A stretch of DNA of 64,000 nt from Mobula hypostoma (Eukaryota), in contig NC_086108.1 of assembly GCF_963921235.1 (NCBI RefSeq), positions 65,660,001 through 65,724,000 on the forward strand, read 5' to 3'. Position numbers and translations under genes: made by a program. Positions 1 to 13,793 of this stretch are shown piece after piece; within the stretch, counting starts at the first letter, position 1; every line of letters begins with the position of its first letter. The notes beneath the pieces are model-generated. The model saw only the letters and a program-made list of their open reading frames with translations, did not search any database and was not told the origin of the DNA.

Positions 1-1215
1 CCAATCAGCCACTGCTTTATCCATAATAGAATCTTTCTTGTAATACCATCGGCTCGCAGCTTGTTAAGCAGCCTCATGTGTGGCACCTCGTCAAAGGCCT
101 TCTGAAAATCCAAGTACATAGTATCAAGCAATTCTCCTTTCTCTATCCTGCTTGTTATTTCTTCATAGAATTCAAACAGATTTGTCAGGCAAGGCTTTCC
201 CTTGAGAAAACCATGCTGACTACAGCGTACTTTATCATGTGCCTCCAAGTACCCTGAGACTTCATCCTTAATATTCGTCTCCAACAACTTCCCAACTACT
301 GAGATCAGACTAACTGCCCTATACTTTCCCTTCTTCTGCTTCTTCCCCTTCTTGAAGAGTGACATATGCAATTTTCCAGTCTTCTGGAGCCATCCCAGAA
401 TCTAGTGAAAGATTATTACTAATGCCTCCCAGATTTCTTCAGCCACCTCTTTCAAAACCCTGGGGTGTACACCATCTAATCTATCTTCAGACTCTTCAGT
501 TTCCCAAGAACTTTCTGTATAGTTATAGCAACTTTGCACTCTTCATGCCCCTGGCACCTGGAACTTCCCACATACTGCTAGTGTCTTCCACAGTGAAGAC
601 AGATGCAAAATTCTTATTCAGTTTGTCCACCATTTCATTATCCCTCATTACTACCTCTCCAGCATCATTTTTCAGCAGTCCGATATTCACTCTCACCTCC
701 CGTTTACACTTTATGTATCTAAAGGAACTTTTGGTATGCTCTTTAATATTATTGGCTAGCTTACGTTTGTAATCCATGTTTACCTTCTTAATGACCTTTT
801 AGTTGCCTTCTGTTGGCTTTCAAAAGCTTCCCAATCCTCTAACTTCCCACTCATTTTTGCTCTATTATATGCTCTCTCTTTGGCTTTTATGGTGACTGTG
901 ACTTCTTTTGTTAGCCACAGTTGTGTCATCTTTCCTTTAGAATATTTCTTCCTCTTTGTGATGTATATATCCTGTGCCTTCCAAATTGCTTCCAGAAATT
1001 CCCGCCATTGCTGCTGTGCTGTCATCCCTGCCAGTGTTCTTTTCCAATCAGTTCTAGCCAGCTCCTCTCTCATGCCTCTGTAATTCCCTTTATTCCACTG
1101 TAATACTGATAAATCAGACACTAGCTTCGCCTTCTCAAATTTCAGGGTGAATTCGATTCATATTATGATCACTCTCACACTGTTCTTTTACCTTAAACTC
1201 TCCAATCAATTCTGG
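1..1215 (-). mobile_element. CR1-type LINE fragment (endonuclease-RT linker and RT start), degenerate, runs off the window start
   Basis: Minus ORFs 780-1121 (LQWNKGNYRGMREELARTDW) and 523-777 (KLNKNFASVFTVED) are CR1 ORF2-like; a homologous copy lies at 46202-47436. Confidence 0.85.
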
Positions 1216-1759
1216 TTCAGTTCTAATGTAGTTCTAGTGTGCGGGCTAAATGTTTTAACACAACCAACTGCAAGTATAATAATGAGAAAATGTTAATTAC
1301 CCCAAGTGTACCATGTCCAGGGTTCTTCAAATATATTTAGTTCTCAATTAAGTAAGCGTAAGCAACATTTAAAACAAACTTCTTTTTATTCTAAAGTACT
1401 TAAATCAGGGAAGGCTTATGGAAAGATGCCTGGTAAGCTCATTTTGAGAGAAAGGAGGCAAATCTCCTTGTAATATTTTGCAATTTTCTTTTGATTTTCC
1501 CATCTTAAATAAAAGTAAGTAATTTCACTATTCTTATGCTTGCTGCCTTTGTCTACATGTCCTTACATAAGCGCTTTCTAAAGAAAATGAATGCAAGCAG
1601 TTGCTATTGTTAAGCACAATGTGCCATGACCATGGTATATTTGATCAGAACTTGACTGACTGTAGTTTTCAGATTCTGCATTAGTTGTTTATGAATGCAT
1701 TTCAAGAACTCAGCTTCTAACTGGGCAAATCATATGTCCCAGTCCAGAGTAAACTTGAG

Positions 1760-2130
1760 ATTCCGTAGATGCTGAAAATCCAGAGCAACATACACAAAAT
1801 GCTGGACGAACTCAGCAGGTCAGGCAGCATTCCCTCCACCTTCCTTTTCCCCTATGGTCCACTCTCCTCTCTGATCAGATTCCTTCTTCTCCAACCCTTT
1901 ACCTTATCCACCTATCACCTCCCAGGTTCTTACTTCATCCTCTCCCCACCCGCCTGATTTCACCAATCACCTTCTAGTTTGTACTCCTTTCCCCCTCTCC
2001 ACCTTCATAATCTAGCGTCTTTCCCCTTCCTTTTCAGTCCTGATGAAGGCTGTCGGTCTAAATTGTTGACTGCTTATTTATTTCCTCGACTGCTAACCTG
2101 CTGAGTTCCTCCTGCATTTTGTGTGTTTTT
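1760..2130 (+). mobile_element. Old Penelope-terminus inverted-repeat remnant
   Basis: Left end gatgctgaaaatccagagcaacatacacaaaatgctgg; decayed hammerhead-like agtcctgatgaagg...gttgact at ~2036-2071; complementary right end. Confidence 0.6.
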
Positions 2131-2189
2131 TCCTGCCTAGAATGTCCCCAAGGCCCCAAAAAGTTCTCAACATTTCCAATTATAAGCAA

Positions 2190-4862
2190 GTATAAGTTTG
2201 TCAAAGTTTTAGATGTCATTCTGAATCTTTGCAAACTTCTAAGGAAATAGGGGAACTGCTGTACTCTCTTCATAATTGCACTTACATGCCGGGCCAGGAC
2301 AGGGCCTCTGAAATGATAACACTGAGGATTTTGAAGTTGCTGGCTCTCTCCACTTCTGAACCCCAAAGAGGACTGGCTCATGGACCTCTGGAAGTCAATA
2401 ACTGTCATGGTCTTGCTGACTTTGGCTAAGAGGTGGTGGTTGTGGTACCACTCAGCCAGATTATCAATCTCCCTTCTATGTGCTGGCTTGTCACTATCTT
2501 TGATTTGGCCAGTGACAGTGGTGTCATCAGCAAACTTAAATGTGGCATTGGAACTGTGCTTAACCACACAGCCATGAGTGTAAATCCAGTAGATCAGCGG
2601 GCTAAACACATACTCCTACAGTGCACCTGTGCTAATGGAGATTGTGCCAATCCAAACTGATGACATTTGCAACTGAGGAAATCAAGGATCCAATTGCACA
2701 AGGCACTATTGAGACCTAGGTCTTGAAGCTTATTGATTAGTTTTGTGGAGATGATGCACTGAATGCCGAGTTGTAGTTGTCAAAGAGCATCCTGATATAT
2801 GCATTTTGCTGTCCGGATATTCCAAGATTGAGTGAAGAGTCAATGAAATAGCATCTGATGTGGACCTGTTGTGTCCATGGCCAAATTTGAGGAGGTCAAA
2901 GTCGCTCCTCATGGAGGAGTTGATATGTTTCATCACAAACTTCTGAAAACACTTCATCATTGTGGATGTAAGTGCTACTGGATGATAGTCACTGAGGCAA
3001 CTTATCACGTTCCTCTTTGGCACCGGTGAAATCTGCTTGAAGCAGGTGGGTACTTCAGACTGCTAAAGCGAGAGATTAAAGATGTCAGTGAACACTCCAG
3101 CCTGCTGATCAGCATTGGACTTTAGTACTTCCAGAGGATTGGAGGGTTGCGGATATTGTTCCTTTATTCAAGAAAGGGAGTAGAGATAGCCTAGGAATTG
3201 TAGACCAGTGAGTCTTACTTAAGTGGTTGGTAAGTTGATGGAGATAATCCTGAGAGGCAGGATTTATGAACGTTTGGAGAGGTATAATATGATTAGGAAT
3301 AGTCAGCATGAATTTGTCAAGGGCAGGTCATGCCTTACAAGCCTGATTGAATGTTTTGAGGATGTGACTAAACACATTGATGAAGGGAGAGCAGTAGATG
3401 TAGTGTATATGGATTTCGGCAAGGCATTTGATAAGGTACCCCATGCAAGGCTTATTGAGAAAGTAAGGAGACATGGGATCCAAGGGGACATTGCTTTGTG
3501 GATCCAGAATTGGCTTGCCACGGAAGACAAAGAGTGGCTGTAGATGGGTCATATTCTGCATGGAGGTCGGTGACCAGTGGTGTGCCTCAGGGATCTGTTC
3601 TGGGACCCTTACTCTTCGTGATTTTTATAAATGACCTGGATGAGGAAGTGGAGGGATGTGTTAGTAAATTTGCTGATGACACAAAGGTTGGAGGTGTTGT
3701 GGATCGTGTGGCGAGCTGTCAGAGGTTACAGTGGGACATTGATAGGATGCAAAACTGGGCTGGGAAGTGACAAATGAAGTTCAACCCAGATAAGTGTGAA
3801 GTGGTTCATTTTGGTAGGTCAAATATGATATCAGACTATAGCATTAACGGTAAGACTCTTGGCATTGTGGAGGACCAGAGGGATCTTGGGGTCCGAGTCC
3901 ATAGGACACTTAAAGCAGCTGCGCAGGTTGACTCTGTAGTTAAGAAGGCATATGGTGTATTGGCCTTCATTAATCGTGGTATTGAATTTAGGAGCTGAGA
4001 GATAATGTTGCAGCTATATAGGACCCTGGTCAGACCCCACCTGGAGTATTGTGCTCAGTTCTGGTCGCCTCACTACGGGAATGATGTGGAAGCCATAGAA
4101 AGGGTGCAGAGGAGATTTACAAGGATGTTGCCTGGATTGCGGAGCATGCCTTGTGAAAACAGGTTGAGTGAACTCAGCCTTTTCTCCTTGGAGCAACGGA
4201 GGATGAGAGGTGACCTGATAGAGGTGAAAAGATGATGAGAGGCATTGATCGTGTGGATAGTCAGAGGCTTTTTCCCAGGGCTGAAATGGTTGCCACAAGA
4301 GGACATAGGTTTAAGGTGCTGGGGAGCAGGTAGAGAGGAGATGTCAGGGGTAAGATTTTTACACAGAGTGGTGAGTTCGTGAAATGGGCTGCTGGCAACT
4401 GTGGTGGAGGCGGATACAATAGGGTCTTTTAAGAGACTTTTGGATAGGTACATGGAGCTTAGAAAAATAGAGGGCTATGGGTAAGCCTAGTAATTTCTAA
4501 GGTAGGAACATGTTTGACACAACTTTGTGGGCCGGAGGGCCTGTATCAAGCTGTAGGTTTTCTATGTTGCTATGTTTTTTCACTCAGCCAGGTCACCCAT
4601 CTGGGCCGGATGCTTTCTCTGGGCTCACCCTCCAGATGGGTACTCTGACAACAGCCTCAGATACTGAAACTACACGGCCATTGGTGGCTGTGGGAGTTTG
4701 TGATGGCTCCTCCATATTTTGATGGTCAAAGTGAGCATAGAAGGCATTGATCTCATCTGGAAGTGCAGCCCTGTTGTCATCTAAGTTGTTTGATTTAGTT
4801 TTGTAAGAAGTGATAGCATTCAAGCCCTGCCACAGCTGTCATGCGTCCTTCATTGATTCAAG
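2190..4862 (-). mobile_element. Rex1/Babar-type LINE (RT region), split by a CR1 insertion at 3130-4581
   Basis: Minus peptides LPDEINAFYAHFD...KASGPDG (4593-4823), CLSDYHPVALTSTMMKCF (2730-3023) and FKFADDTTV (2058-2609); the halves rejoin as ctttagtact/cagccagg. Confidence 0.85.
3130..4581 (+). mobile_element. 5'-truncated CR1 LINE (RT plus 3' tail)
   Basis: [82 protein letters not shown]; tail ttctatgttgctatgttt; act duplicated at 3127-3129 and 4582-4584. Confidence 0.95.
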
Positions 4863-5181
4863 TTTTCTTCCAAGTCTCTTTATCTGTGCTTTAACCCATG
4901 CCTCATTTCTTTCTCTGAATAAAGTAGTTCACATTCTTCTTATATTTATGATTTCCTACATTATACCTCTCCTAATCTTTCCACTTTGATCACATCTTTT
5001 CACATTGCTGCTGAAATCTAACTATTGCCTCTTAGTTAAACTTCTTTCAGTATAGTTAAAAGTAAACCTATGGATGCAAGAAAAGACCAAAAATAAAGAG
5101 CTCATATAATAATCTAACCATGCTGATAAATGTTTGCATTGTGGACCACAGTCAAAATCAGGTATTAAGTCATATTACTGA

Positions 5182-7471
5182 TGTAACACGCTGTAAGGTT
5201 TCACTGCTAATGTAATGGTTTTTCTGTAGCAGAAATGTTTGCATTATGACTGGAGATAACGGGGCATGTTAGCCAATTAGTGGGATGTTGTTCTTTCTTG
5301 TGTAAACTGGGAGCCAGGAATTTGCAGTCTTTTGCCATGGAAAGATGAGAGAGTTGGTAGACCACCGGATGGAGTGGACTTGGAGCGAGGTTCCAAAGGT
5401 CAGCGATGATCGGAGGAGGTCGATGGTGGACGAACGGCTTTATCAGTGAGCTCCAATGTTGCGCATTAGACTGTTTCATGAGAATAGGCCCTTTTTCTTT
5501 TTTTTTGTTTTCTTTACTAACCATACAGTCAAAGTAAGAATTATAAAGCTCAGTCGTTTGATCGCATATTGTGTACTGTTTGTTATTTTGTGGTACTGAT
5601 TTGTAATAGGGGAACACATCGCACAGCATCCACCCAAATGAGATTTCTTAAATTTGGCCGGGCCGGGGGACTATCATCCCCTATATTAAGCCGCTAGCCA
5701 AAGCGAGAGTTACAATTGTGGGGGCTACGTTTGGGATTGATTCTGTTGGATGCTGTGTGATTATCCTGAGTGGGGTAGATATTCATACTCCGGATGAATT
5801 GGTAATTCACCTGTTAAGTACTGTTAAAGTTGTGATTGTGGGCGGAGGTTTGATGAAATGGCGGGCGCAGCTCTCGTTTTAATGCAGACCAGCGTTGATA
5901 TAGCGGTAGCTGGGGCCAGAGATTTCAAAGACAGGGTACGATCGTTTCTAAGGAGTGAGGGGAAGGAGCGGTTGCATTTGGAATGTCTAATTAGTCCGCG
6001 TCCCTCGGTGAAGAGTGAGAATTCTGAGTTAGTATCCGCCCTTACCTTTACTGCAAATAAATGGAAAAATCAGGTTCAAGGTCCCAGCTATGGTAGGCTC
6101 CACCTATTCTCTGGAATAACGCACACCCCTAAAGGGCAGGAGGAGTATGAGGCTCGGGCAGAGTGAACCTCTCAGTTATTAGATGACTGGCACTGCTCTG
6201 ATGACATAAAGCAACAGAGATTGATTGAAAGTTTGAATGGGCGGGCCGTTGACATGTTGAGAGCCATCAGGTTAAAAAGTGTCCCATAGCGACAGCTGTC
6301 AATCACATGCAAGCACTGGACAATGCTTTTGGCCGGACAGGAAGCCCAATGGAGTTCATGGTGGAGTTTCAGAATATGCCTCAGGAGAAGGGGGAGAAGC
6401 TTTCTGTTTTTATCTTTCGGCTAGAGAGGCAGCTAAACTGCTTGCGGCGCAGAGCGGTCATTCAGGCGGCTGAGGTGGATCAGTTAAGAATGGACCAGAT
6501 AACCAGAGCGCCCAGTCCCAGGACCTGATTGCTTGGGGTCTCCGACAGTCTCGTAAGACGCACCCACCCCCATCTTTTGATGAGCTGATCAGAGAGGTAG
6601 AGGAAGAGGAGAATGTGCTGGAGGTGCAGCAGGGCTCCGTCAGCAGGGTACAGTCCCCAGTAGTGTCTGAACCTGAAGAGTTAGGTGAGGGGGTGCAGAG
6701 GTCTCAGAGAGTTAGGAGACCACCAGATAGGCTGGCCTACATAGCACCAGGGGAGCAGAGTGTGACCCCTACCGTTTTGGGGCACTATGTCACTGCCTTG
6801 TGCACCTGGATTGGACTTAGTGTTTTGCAGGAAGGGTTGGTGAATTATCTCAATGTCATGAGGACATGACTAAGTTTAGTGGGGGGGGAGTGTAACATGC
6901 TGTAAGGTTTCACTGCTAATGTAATGACTTCTCTGTAATGTTCCACTGCTAAGTTAATGGTTCCTCTGTAGCAGAAATGTTTGGGTTATGACTGGAGATA
7001 ATGAGGCATGTTAGCCAATGAGCGGGATGTTGTTCTTTCTTGTGTGTCTGGGAGCCGGGAATTCGCGGTCTTTTGCCAGAGAGAGATGAGGAGAGAAGGC
7101 GCGAATGGAGAGAGTTGGTAGACTGCCGGGCAGAGTGGACTTGGAGCGAGGGTCCGATGGTCACCGATGATCGGAGGAGGCCGATGGTGGACGAACGGCC
7201 TTATCAGTGAGCTCCAACGTTGCACATTAGACTGTTTCATGAGAATGGGCCCTTTTTCTTTTTTTGTTTTCTTTACTAACCATATAGTCAAATTAAGAAT
7301 TATAAAGCTCAATCGTTTGACTGCATATTGTGTACTGTTTGTTATTTTGTGGTACTGATTTGTAACAGGGGACACATCGCACAGCATCCACCCAAACGAG
7401 AATTCTAAGTTTGGCTGGGCCAGGTGACTATCATCCCCTATATTAAGCCATTAGCCGAAGCGAGAGTTACA
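5182..7471 (+). mobile_element. Non-autonomous Ty3/Gypsy LTR retrotransposon with PNMA-like gag and deleted pol
   Basis: LTRs 5182-5714 and 6891-7471 (TGTAAC...GTTACA); 4-bp TSD ctga (5178-5181, 7472-7475); tRNA-Pro-like PBS tgggggctacgtttgggat (5719-5737); PPT agtggggggggag (6878-6890); gag remnants YGRLHLFSG...GQEEYEA and QEKGEKLSVFIFRLE. Confidence 0.93.
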
Positions 7472-8366
7472 CTGAATTAACTCTTCTAACTATATTTTAT
7501 GTAAAATAAAAACTTATTACAGCCAGCCCAACATTCCTTTTCAATAACAGATGCATTATTATTCACCACTTAATTGATGTTCTTTTAAGCCCAGTCCCAG
7601 TTATCGTAATTATTCATCCTTGTTTAGGAGCATCTAAACAAGTAAGTTTGCAACAGCTTTCTGGAAAAAGAGTTAATGTGTGAGCTAGTTTATCCTGAAA
7701 AGTTACATTGACCTTTAATTGTTGTGGTTGTTTTCCAGCATCTATGCCAAATACCACCTGTAGCAAAACAGGTTTGCAATGACCTATCCTCAGATGCCTT
7801 CAGTGTTGTGTTAAAATTTTGCAAGGAGGTGTCAAAGGGTGATTCTTGTTCTTCTAAGAGGAAATGCCTGGCAACAGCTCAGTGCCCATTGATTGAATTA
7901 GGAAATGTTCTACCTTAAAGTGAAATGGCAGCTGAGTAAAATGTGCCATTAAATCTTAAGGACTTGTTTTTCATTATATTGTCTAAACTGATTATTGTGA
8001 AACCAAACAAGGAGCACAAACAGAGATTTCAAAGACAAACCTAAGTCCTTTTAAACTTCAAGTCTCACACCTTTCAATCTTGTAACTTAAGGATGATGCC
8101 CTTATAACTGTTCCCTCAATGCATACATATAAATATGAAACTTTGGAAGTCCAGTTTGTGAAATTTTAGGTTTGCCCTGCTTCAGTGGTTTCATGGCATG
8201 CACGCATCTATTTCCAAATGTGTAAAGCTATTTGCAGGAAATAATTACAGTAAAACTCCAAGAAATTGGAATTTTAATCAAAATAACAACTAATCCAGAT
8301 CTGTGAATGTTAATTTTCCATTTGAAATTAATTTCCTTGCAAATAATTTTCTTTTTTTAATATTAG

Positions 8367-8471
8367 GTTGGGGATCGGATTGTCAGCATTAATGGGCAGC
8401 CCCTGGATGAACTGTCTCATGCAGAAGCAGTTAATCTATTGAAGAATGCCTACGGAAGCATTATCCTTCAG
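8367..8471 (+). CDS. PATJ: PATJ internal exon (end of penultimate PDZ domain): [35 protein letters not shown]
   Basis: Poly-T tract and tag acceptor, cag|gtactg donor, 105 nt, phase 0-0; close to recalled human [39 protein letters not shown]. Confidence 0.93.
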
Positions 8472-11302
8472 GTACTGAAATAATGGCAGCAACGGCTGCA
8501 TGCAGTAGATAACACCCATTCAAAAGCAGCAGCAGAGTATTGCTGGCAAACATTAGCACGTCAAACAGGGATAAGGATTCCAGTCTGTGAATCACACAGG
8601 ATTTGGCAGTGTTTAGATCTGTGGTATCTAGATATTTCAGTGCCACCCATGTAACAACTCTAATGATCAGGTGCATACTTATGTGAATTATAACAAGTGT
8701 AACTAATAAGTGGACAATAATGCTTATTGCCCTTAAGATTTGTATTTCTTGCTTTCCTACGAAAGTCTTACAGTTTGAATCAGAGTCAGCTTAATAGCCA
8801 CTGATTTCTCAATTGAAGCACAAAGATAATAAATATTGTTTTATAAGTGCTACAGTGTTTTAAACTATAATAGTAAATTAGAAGTATGAAATATTTCATT
8901 TGGAATTTCGGTAAACAAAAGTATTGAAGATTTTATGCCCTTAGTATTTGTTTATTACAGTTGTTTTGGTAACAGCCAAACTACCAGCCTATAATTTATT
9001 TCAGTCTCAAGTTTCAACTCCATTAGGTTCAATTGTATATTCTCTATATCAGAATAAACACATGCCAGGCTCAGTTTCTTAGCTTTTGTCATAAGTTAAT
9101 GATACTGTTGATGAAACATTTTCCTGGTGCTATTTTGTATTGAAAACAATAACAAAAGTAATTAAGAACTTCTACTAACATAAACAAATTATGCTATGAC
9201 TTAAATATTGCATTGTTTGCATCTTAATAGTAGAATTGACGCCAAGTAAAGTAAAAATACGGGAAATGCCTTTGAATGAGTGTCACCTGAACCATATGAG
9301 TGGTTTCACATATGAGAATATCTGTCCCTCATCTAAAAAAAATTAACCTTTCTCTAAGCAGTCAGTTTTCCTTTAACACAGTTTAATGGCTTCTGGAATC
9401 CTCCAGAGTCACATCTTACAGAATGTTGATTACGTATTAATTTTTAAATTGAGTGGCAGTGTCAAATTACTTGAGAAGCATTATACATTCACTCACTATT
9501 CTGACACATGTGAAAGACAATTTGCAAGTTGACAACAGTGACTGATTTCATTGGTCTTTCATTGACTACAGTCCAATTTTAAGATCAACTAACTGACTGC
9601 TACTACCTTGTTTTGTATGCTTGCTTCTGTGTTTTACCTTCACAGTGTTTAGATTCATTTGCCCACATCTATGGTGTCATTGTGCACTAGTTGTTGATCT
9701 CCATGTCGAGGAGATGTCAATTCTGTTTAGAATACATGCTGACATATTAGCACATTGTTGGTGCATTCATTTTTCACATAGCTTGTTAGGTATTGAGCTT
9801 CATATTAATTGGGATACGTTCCTAATGCTTTTGAAATATATGAGGAGCAGAGAAGTTGCCTTGGAACTTCATGTATTCAGCAGCTGAACCCATAAGCTGC
9901 TTCAGTGAGAGAAATAGATACAAAACTTTGATGACTGTATCTTCTATTTTTATGGACTAGGGTTCTCTCCAGTGCACATGAGTAATAGGTCCGATCCTCC
10001 TATTTACCAGCCAGAAATACCTAGTTTTCCCAGGCATCACAACCCATCAGCTTCTGTGTGGATGCATCTCTGTACTTGATTTGGCTGGATCTCTCACACT
10101 GCTGGACTGCATTTTGCTATAACATATGTAAATTGGTACATGTGACCCATATTTTCTAGCTTCAGATCTGTGTGCCTGTCTCATGTTGCTGTAACCTTGG
10201 ACTGAGTTCAAATTTATATGACTTAAAATTGCTTAATGAAGAAGGGAGAAAAACAGTGAGGAAAAGATGTAATTTGCATATTACTTGGTGAAGAAAGAGC
10301 CTCATAATATCAAACTGTTACCATAAAATTACAAGAACAATGCTGCAGAGAAACCAGAATTTAATGTTTCCACAGGTCTTTTGAGCAAAGCTACAGTTTT
10401 ACATTTTGCAGAACTTTAATCAAGAGTGCTTAAGCAGCATTTAATTTTTTTTTACAATTGTTCTAATGTGTATGTATTGCACAGATAATCCACAGTAGCT
10501 TGTCATTAGTAAACAACATGTATTTGCTATCAGCTTTTCGGCCATATTCTAACCAGAAGGTCAGATAATTGCATTCATTCATGCAAAAGACAAGGATGTT
10601 GGTTGATTATCTGCCTGTCTTCAATAGAATGTTAAGAGTTTAAAAATGCTATTTGTTAACTAAAGATTAGGGTCTCTAGGGAGCAATTACCACCTCCTAA
10701 CCCCCTGTGTCTGTAGGCTTGCTTGGTTTTTGCACGATTTAATCTGTTTGTATAGCAGGTGTAGTAATGAGATAAGGAACGGCTGAGGGTGTTTGTTGAT
10801 GTTGTGTACAAACCACAGCAGATCTGTTAATAGGGACTTTTTCACCCATTGGGATGCATTTTTTACCCTTTACATAACATTATTTTTTCTAGCAGAGAGA
10901 AGAAATGTTTTGTTTTTTCTCTATATTTCATTCTGCAGCTGGATTCTTTGGCTAAATTTTTTTTAATGAACTGAAGAAGTCAAATAATGTTTTAATACAT
11001 TTTTAAATAAAGTAAATAATTTTCTGTTATTGCTTTTGGGTTTATTTGATTCTATTACACCATCAGATTTCTTAGTAATTGGGATTTCATATTTTACATG
11101 TTTAATTTTAGACTTTAATAAAAAATGGACAAAATACTCTATGGATCGCATGAAAGCAAGCAATGGCAACAATCAATTTCGAAAGACCAATGCCACTACT
11201 CTTGACCATAATCTGCTCCGACTTGCTCAAACTAGAAAAGATAAAATGTTCATGTTTCATTCAAATCCCACAACTTACCTCCTGTCAGAATGTCCACCTT
11301 AG

Positions 11303-11985
11303 AAACATAGAAAACCTACAGCACAGTACAGGCCCTTCGGCCCACGAAGCTGTGCCGAACATGTCCCTACCTTAGAAATTACCTAAGGCTACCCATAGCC
11401 TTCTATTTTTCTGAGCTCCGTGTACCTGTCAGGAGTCTCTTAAAAGACCCTATCGTGTCTGCCTCCACCACCGTCACCGGCAGCCCATTCCACGCGCTCA
11501 CCACTCTCTGCATAAAAAATTTAACCCTGACATCTTCTCTCTACCTACTTCCAAGCATCTTAAAACTGTGCTCTCTCGTGCTAGCCATTTCAGCCCTGGG
11601 AAAAAGTCTTTGACTATCCACATGATCAATGCCTCTCATCATCATATACACCTCTATCAGATCACCTCTCATCCTCAGTTGCTCCAAGGAAAGAAGGCCG
11701 AGTTCACTCAACCTATTCTCATAAGGCAACATCCTTGTAAGTCTTCTCTGCACCCTTTCTATGGTTTCCACATCCTTCCTATAGTGAGGCGACCAGAACT
11801 GAGCACAGTACTCCAAGTGGAGTCTGACCAGGGTCCTATATAGCTGCAACATTACCTCTCGGCTCCTAAACTCAGTCCCATGATTGATGAAGGCCAATGC
11901 ACCATACACCTTCTTAACCACAGAGTCAACCTGCGCAGCAGCTTTGAGTGTCCTATGGACTCAGACCCCAAGGACCCTCTGATCC
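11303..11985 (-). mobile_element. 5'-truncated CR1 LINE 3' end
   Basis: ORF 11541-11921 ([24 protein letters not shown]); tail aaacatagaaa; flanking direct repeat tccaccttag at 11293-11302 and 11986-11995. Confidence 0.92.
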
Positions 11986-13124
11986 TCCACCTTAGTCCCC
12001 ACCACATTTTTGCCAGTGGACACCAGCACTGCCTGAATATGTCATTGTTAGCCATTAGTTGCATGCACCTCCACACATTCAGATCCATGAAAGGTAAGGG
12101 TGGGATGAACTGAATGTGGTAGCTTTGGTCGTCTTTATATTCGGGTTGAATACATCTCAGATTGAGTGTATTTTAAATTATTCACAAATTGGAAGTTAAA
12201 CAACATGAAAGCCATTGTGGAAATATAAAGTAACCATGGAGAGCCTACTGTTAGACATTGTCAGCATGCAGATGGAAGGAGAGCTTCTGTCTGGAAATAA
12301 CATCAGGAAGAGGAAGTTCCATATATCTGAATAATGGAAGGGAGTAGATGTGGCATTGTCAACTGTTTTGAAAACTGATAAGAGATTGTGGTCAACAATA
12401 AGTTTTAGAATTCCATGATCAAAGAGTGTATCGTTTTTGAAAAACCCAGAAAATGGATCTTTAACTACTCTAATTTCCTTTTAGAATGGTGATACTTTTC
12501 CTCCCTATCTGCTTTCCTCCCTTGCTGACGTTTCCTGGGTCTTATCTACATTGTCGTTCTAGAGTTCAGCTGTACAGTTTCAGAAATAAATATCACACTA
12601 TATTGTCTCATTTGAGGTACAGTAATGTTGGGTTGCAGTCATTCTTATGAGATCCTGCTTATTCTCTCCGATGATTCTTGGGGCTGTTATTGAGCACGTA
12701 AAATTATTCAAAGAGAAACAAGGCCCTTGGCTTCCTTAGCCAATGTTCTCCTTTCAAAGAGTCAAAAACATACTTGCAATTGACACTACCAAAAACCGAT
12801 TAAATTGCTATTTATCTCACATTCCCTGTGAATTTGTGTAAGTCCTGTAAGTCAATATTATTTCAAATCAGTAATAATATTTTTGAGGTTTGTGTTAAGG
12901 AGATCATAATTTCAATATATCTAAACAAGCAAATTGTCGTCCTTTGTGTCCAGTAAGCACTTGCTTCCTGAAAGCTAAAGGTAGCTACCACTGGAGTTAC
13001 ATTGGGCCATTTTAACTGATAGCATTATGTCTGTAGTAACTGGTGGTGCTGGCTGTTCATTAATCTTATTCTATATTCTATTTTTAGATAACAGTGGCCT
13101 CTTTTTTTTTTGCATTTTCTTCAG

Positions 13125-13228
13125 GTTATAGCTGACACAAATATTACTGCTATTGCAAGTCAGCTTCAAAACATGACAACTAACTCCAACTTGAATTCAC
13201 CATCTGACATTCTAGTGGAAGATCCAGA
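13125..13228 (+). CDS. PATJ: PATJ internal exon (inter-PDZ linker): VIADTNITAIASQLQNMTTNSNLNSPSDILVEDP(E)
   Basis: ttttcttcag acceptor, ga|gtaagt donor, 104 nt, phase 0-2; matches the PATJ linker VVADTNISAIAAQLENM, which favours PATJ over MPDZ. Confidence 0.92.
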
Positions 13229-13567
13229 GTAAGTATAGAGTAAATCGTTTTTGAACACTGTAAGCATGTGAGATATTCTGAGCTAAGAGATGCATATTTT
13301 TCATGCACAAAAGTATTGTCTTCTATCTTATTGTACAAAAATATTATTTCATTAAAAAATGTGTACCATACTTCTGTGGAGCAAACAGTCTGGCATTAAG
13401 AAGGGAACATTATTCAGAAAATATCCATGAAATATACCCTTCTTTTATGATTAGTTTATAGAGTGTACATAAATACACCAGAAGGGTTAATGTTGTTGAA
13501 AGAACAGAATTGAGTTCAAGTTGCAAATTGAGGCAACAGTGGCTGAAACCCAAACACCTGTGCCAGT

Positions 13568-13793
13568 AACACACATCAAAGTTGCTGGTGAACGCAGCAG
13601 GCCAGGCAGCATCTCTAGGAAGAGGTACAGTCGATGTTTCGAGCCGAGACCCTGACGAGTCCTGACGAAGGGTCTCGGCCTGAAACGTCAACTGTACCTC
13701 TTCCTAGAGATGCTGCCTGGCCTGCTGCGTTCACCAGCAACTTTGATGTGTGTTGCTTGAATTTCCAGCATCTGCAGAATTTCCTCGTGTTTG
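13568..13793 (+). mobile_element. Short hairpin-type Penelope derivative (inverted pLTR arms, hammerhead motif)
   Basis: ~85-bp inverted arms around cctgacgagtcctgacga; 13-bp TSD cacctgt(g/a)ccagt at 13555-13567 and 13794-13806. Confidence 0.9.
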
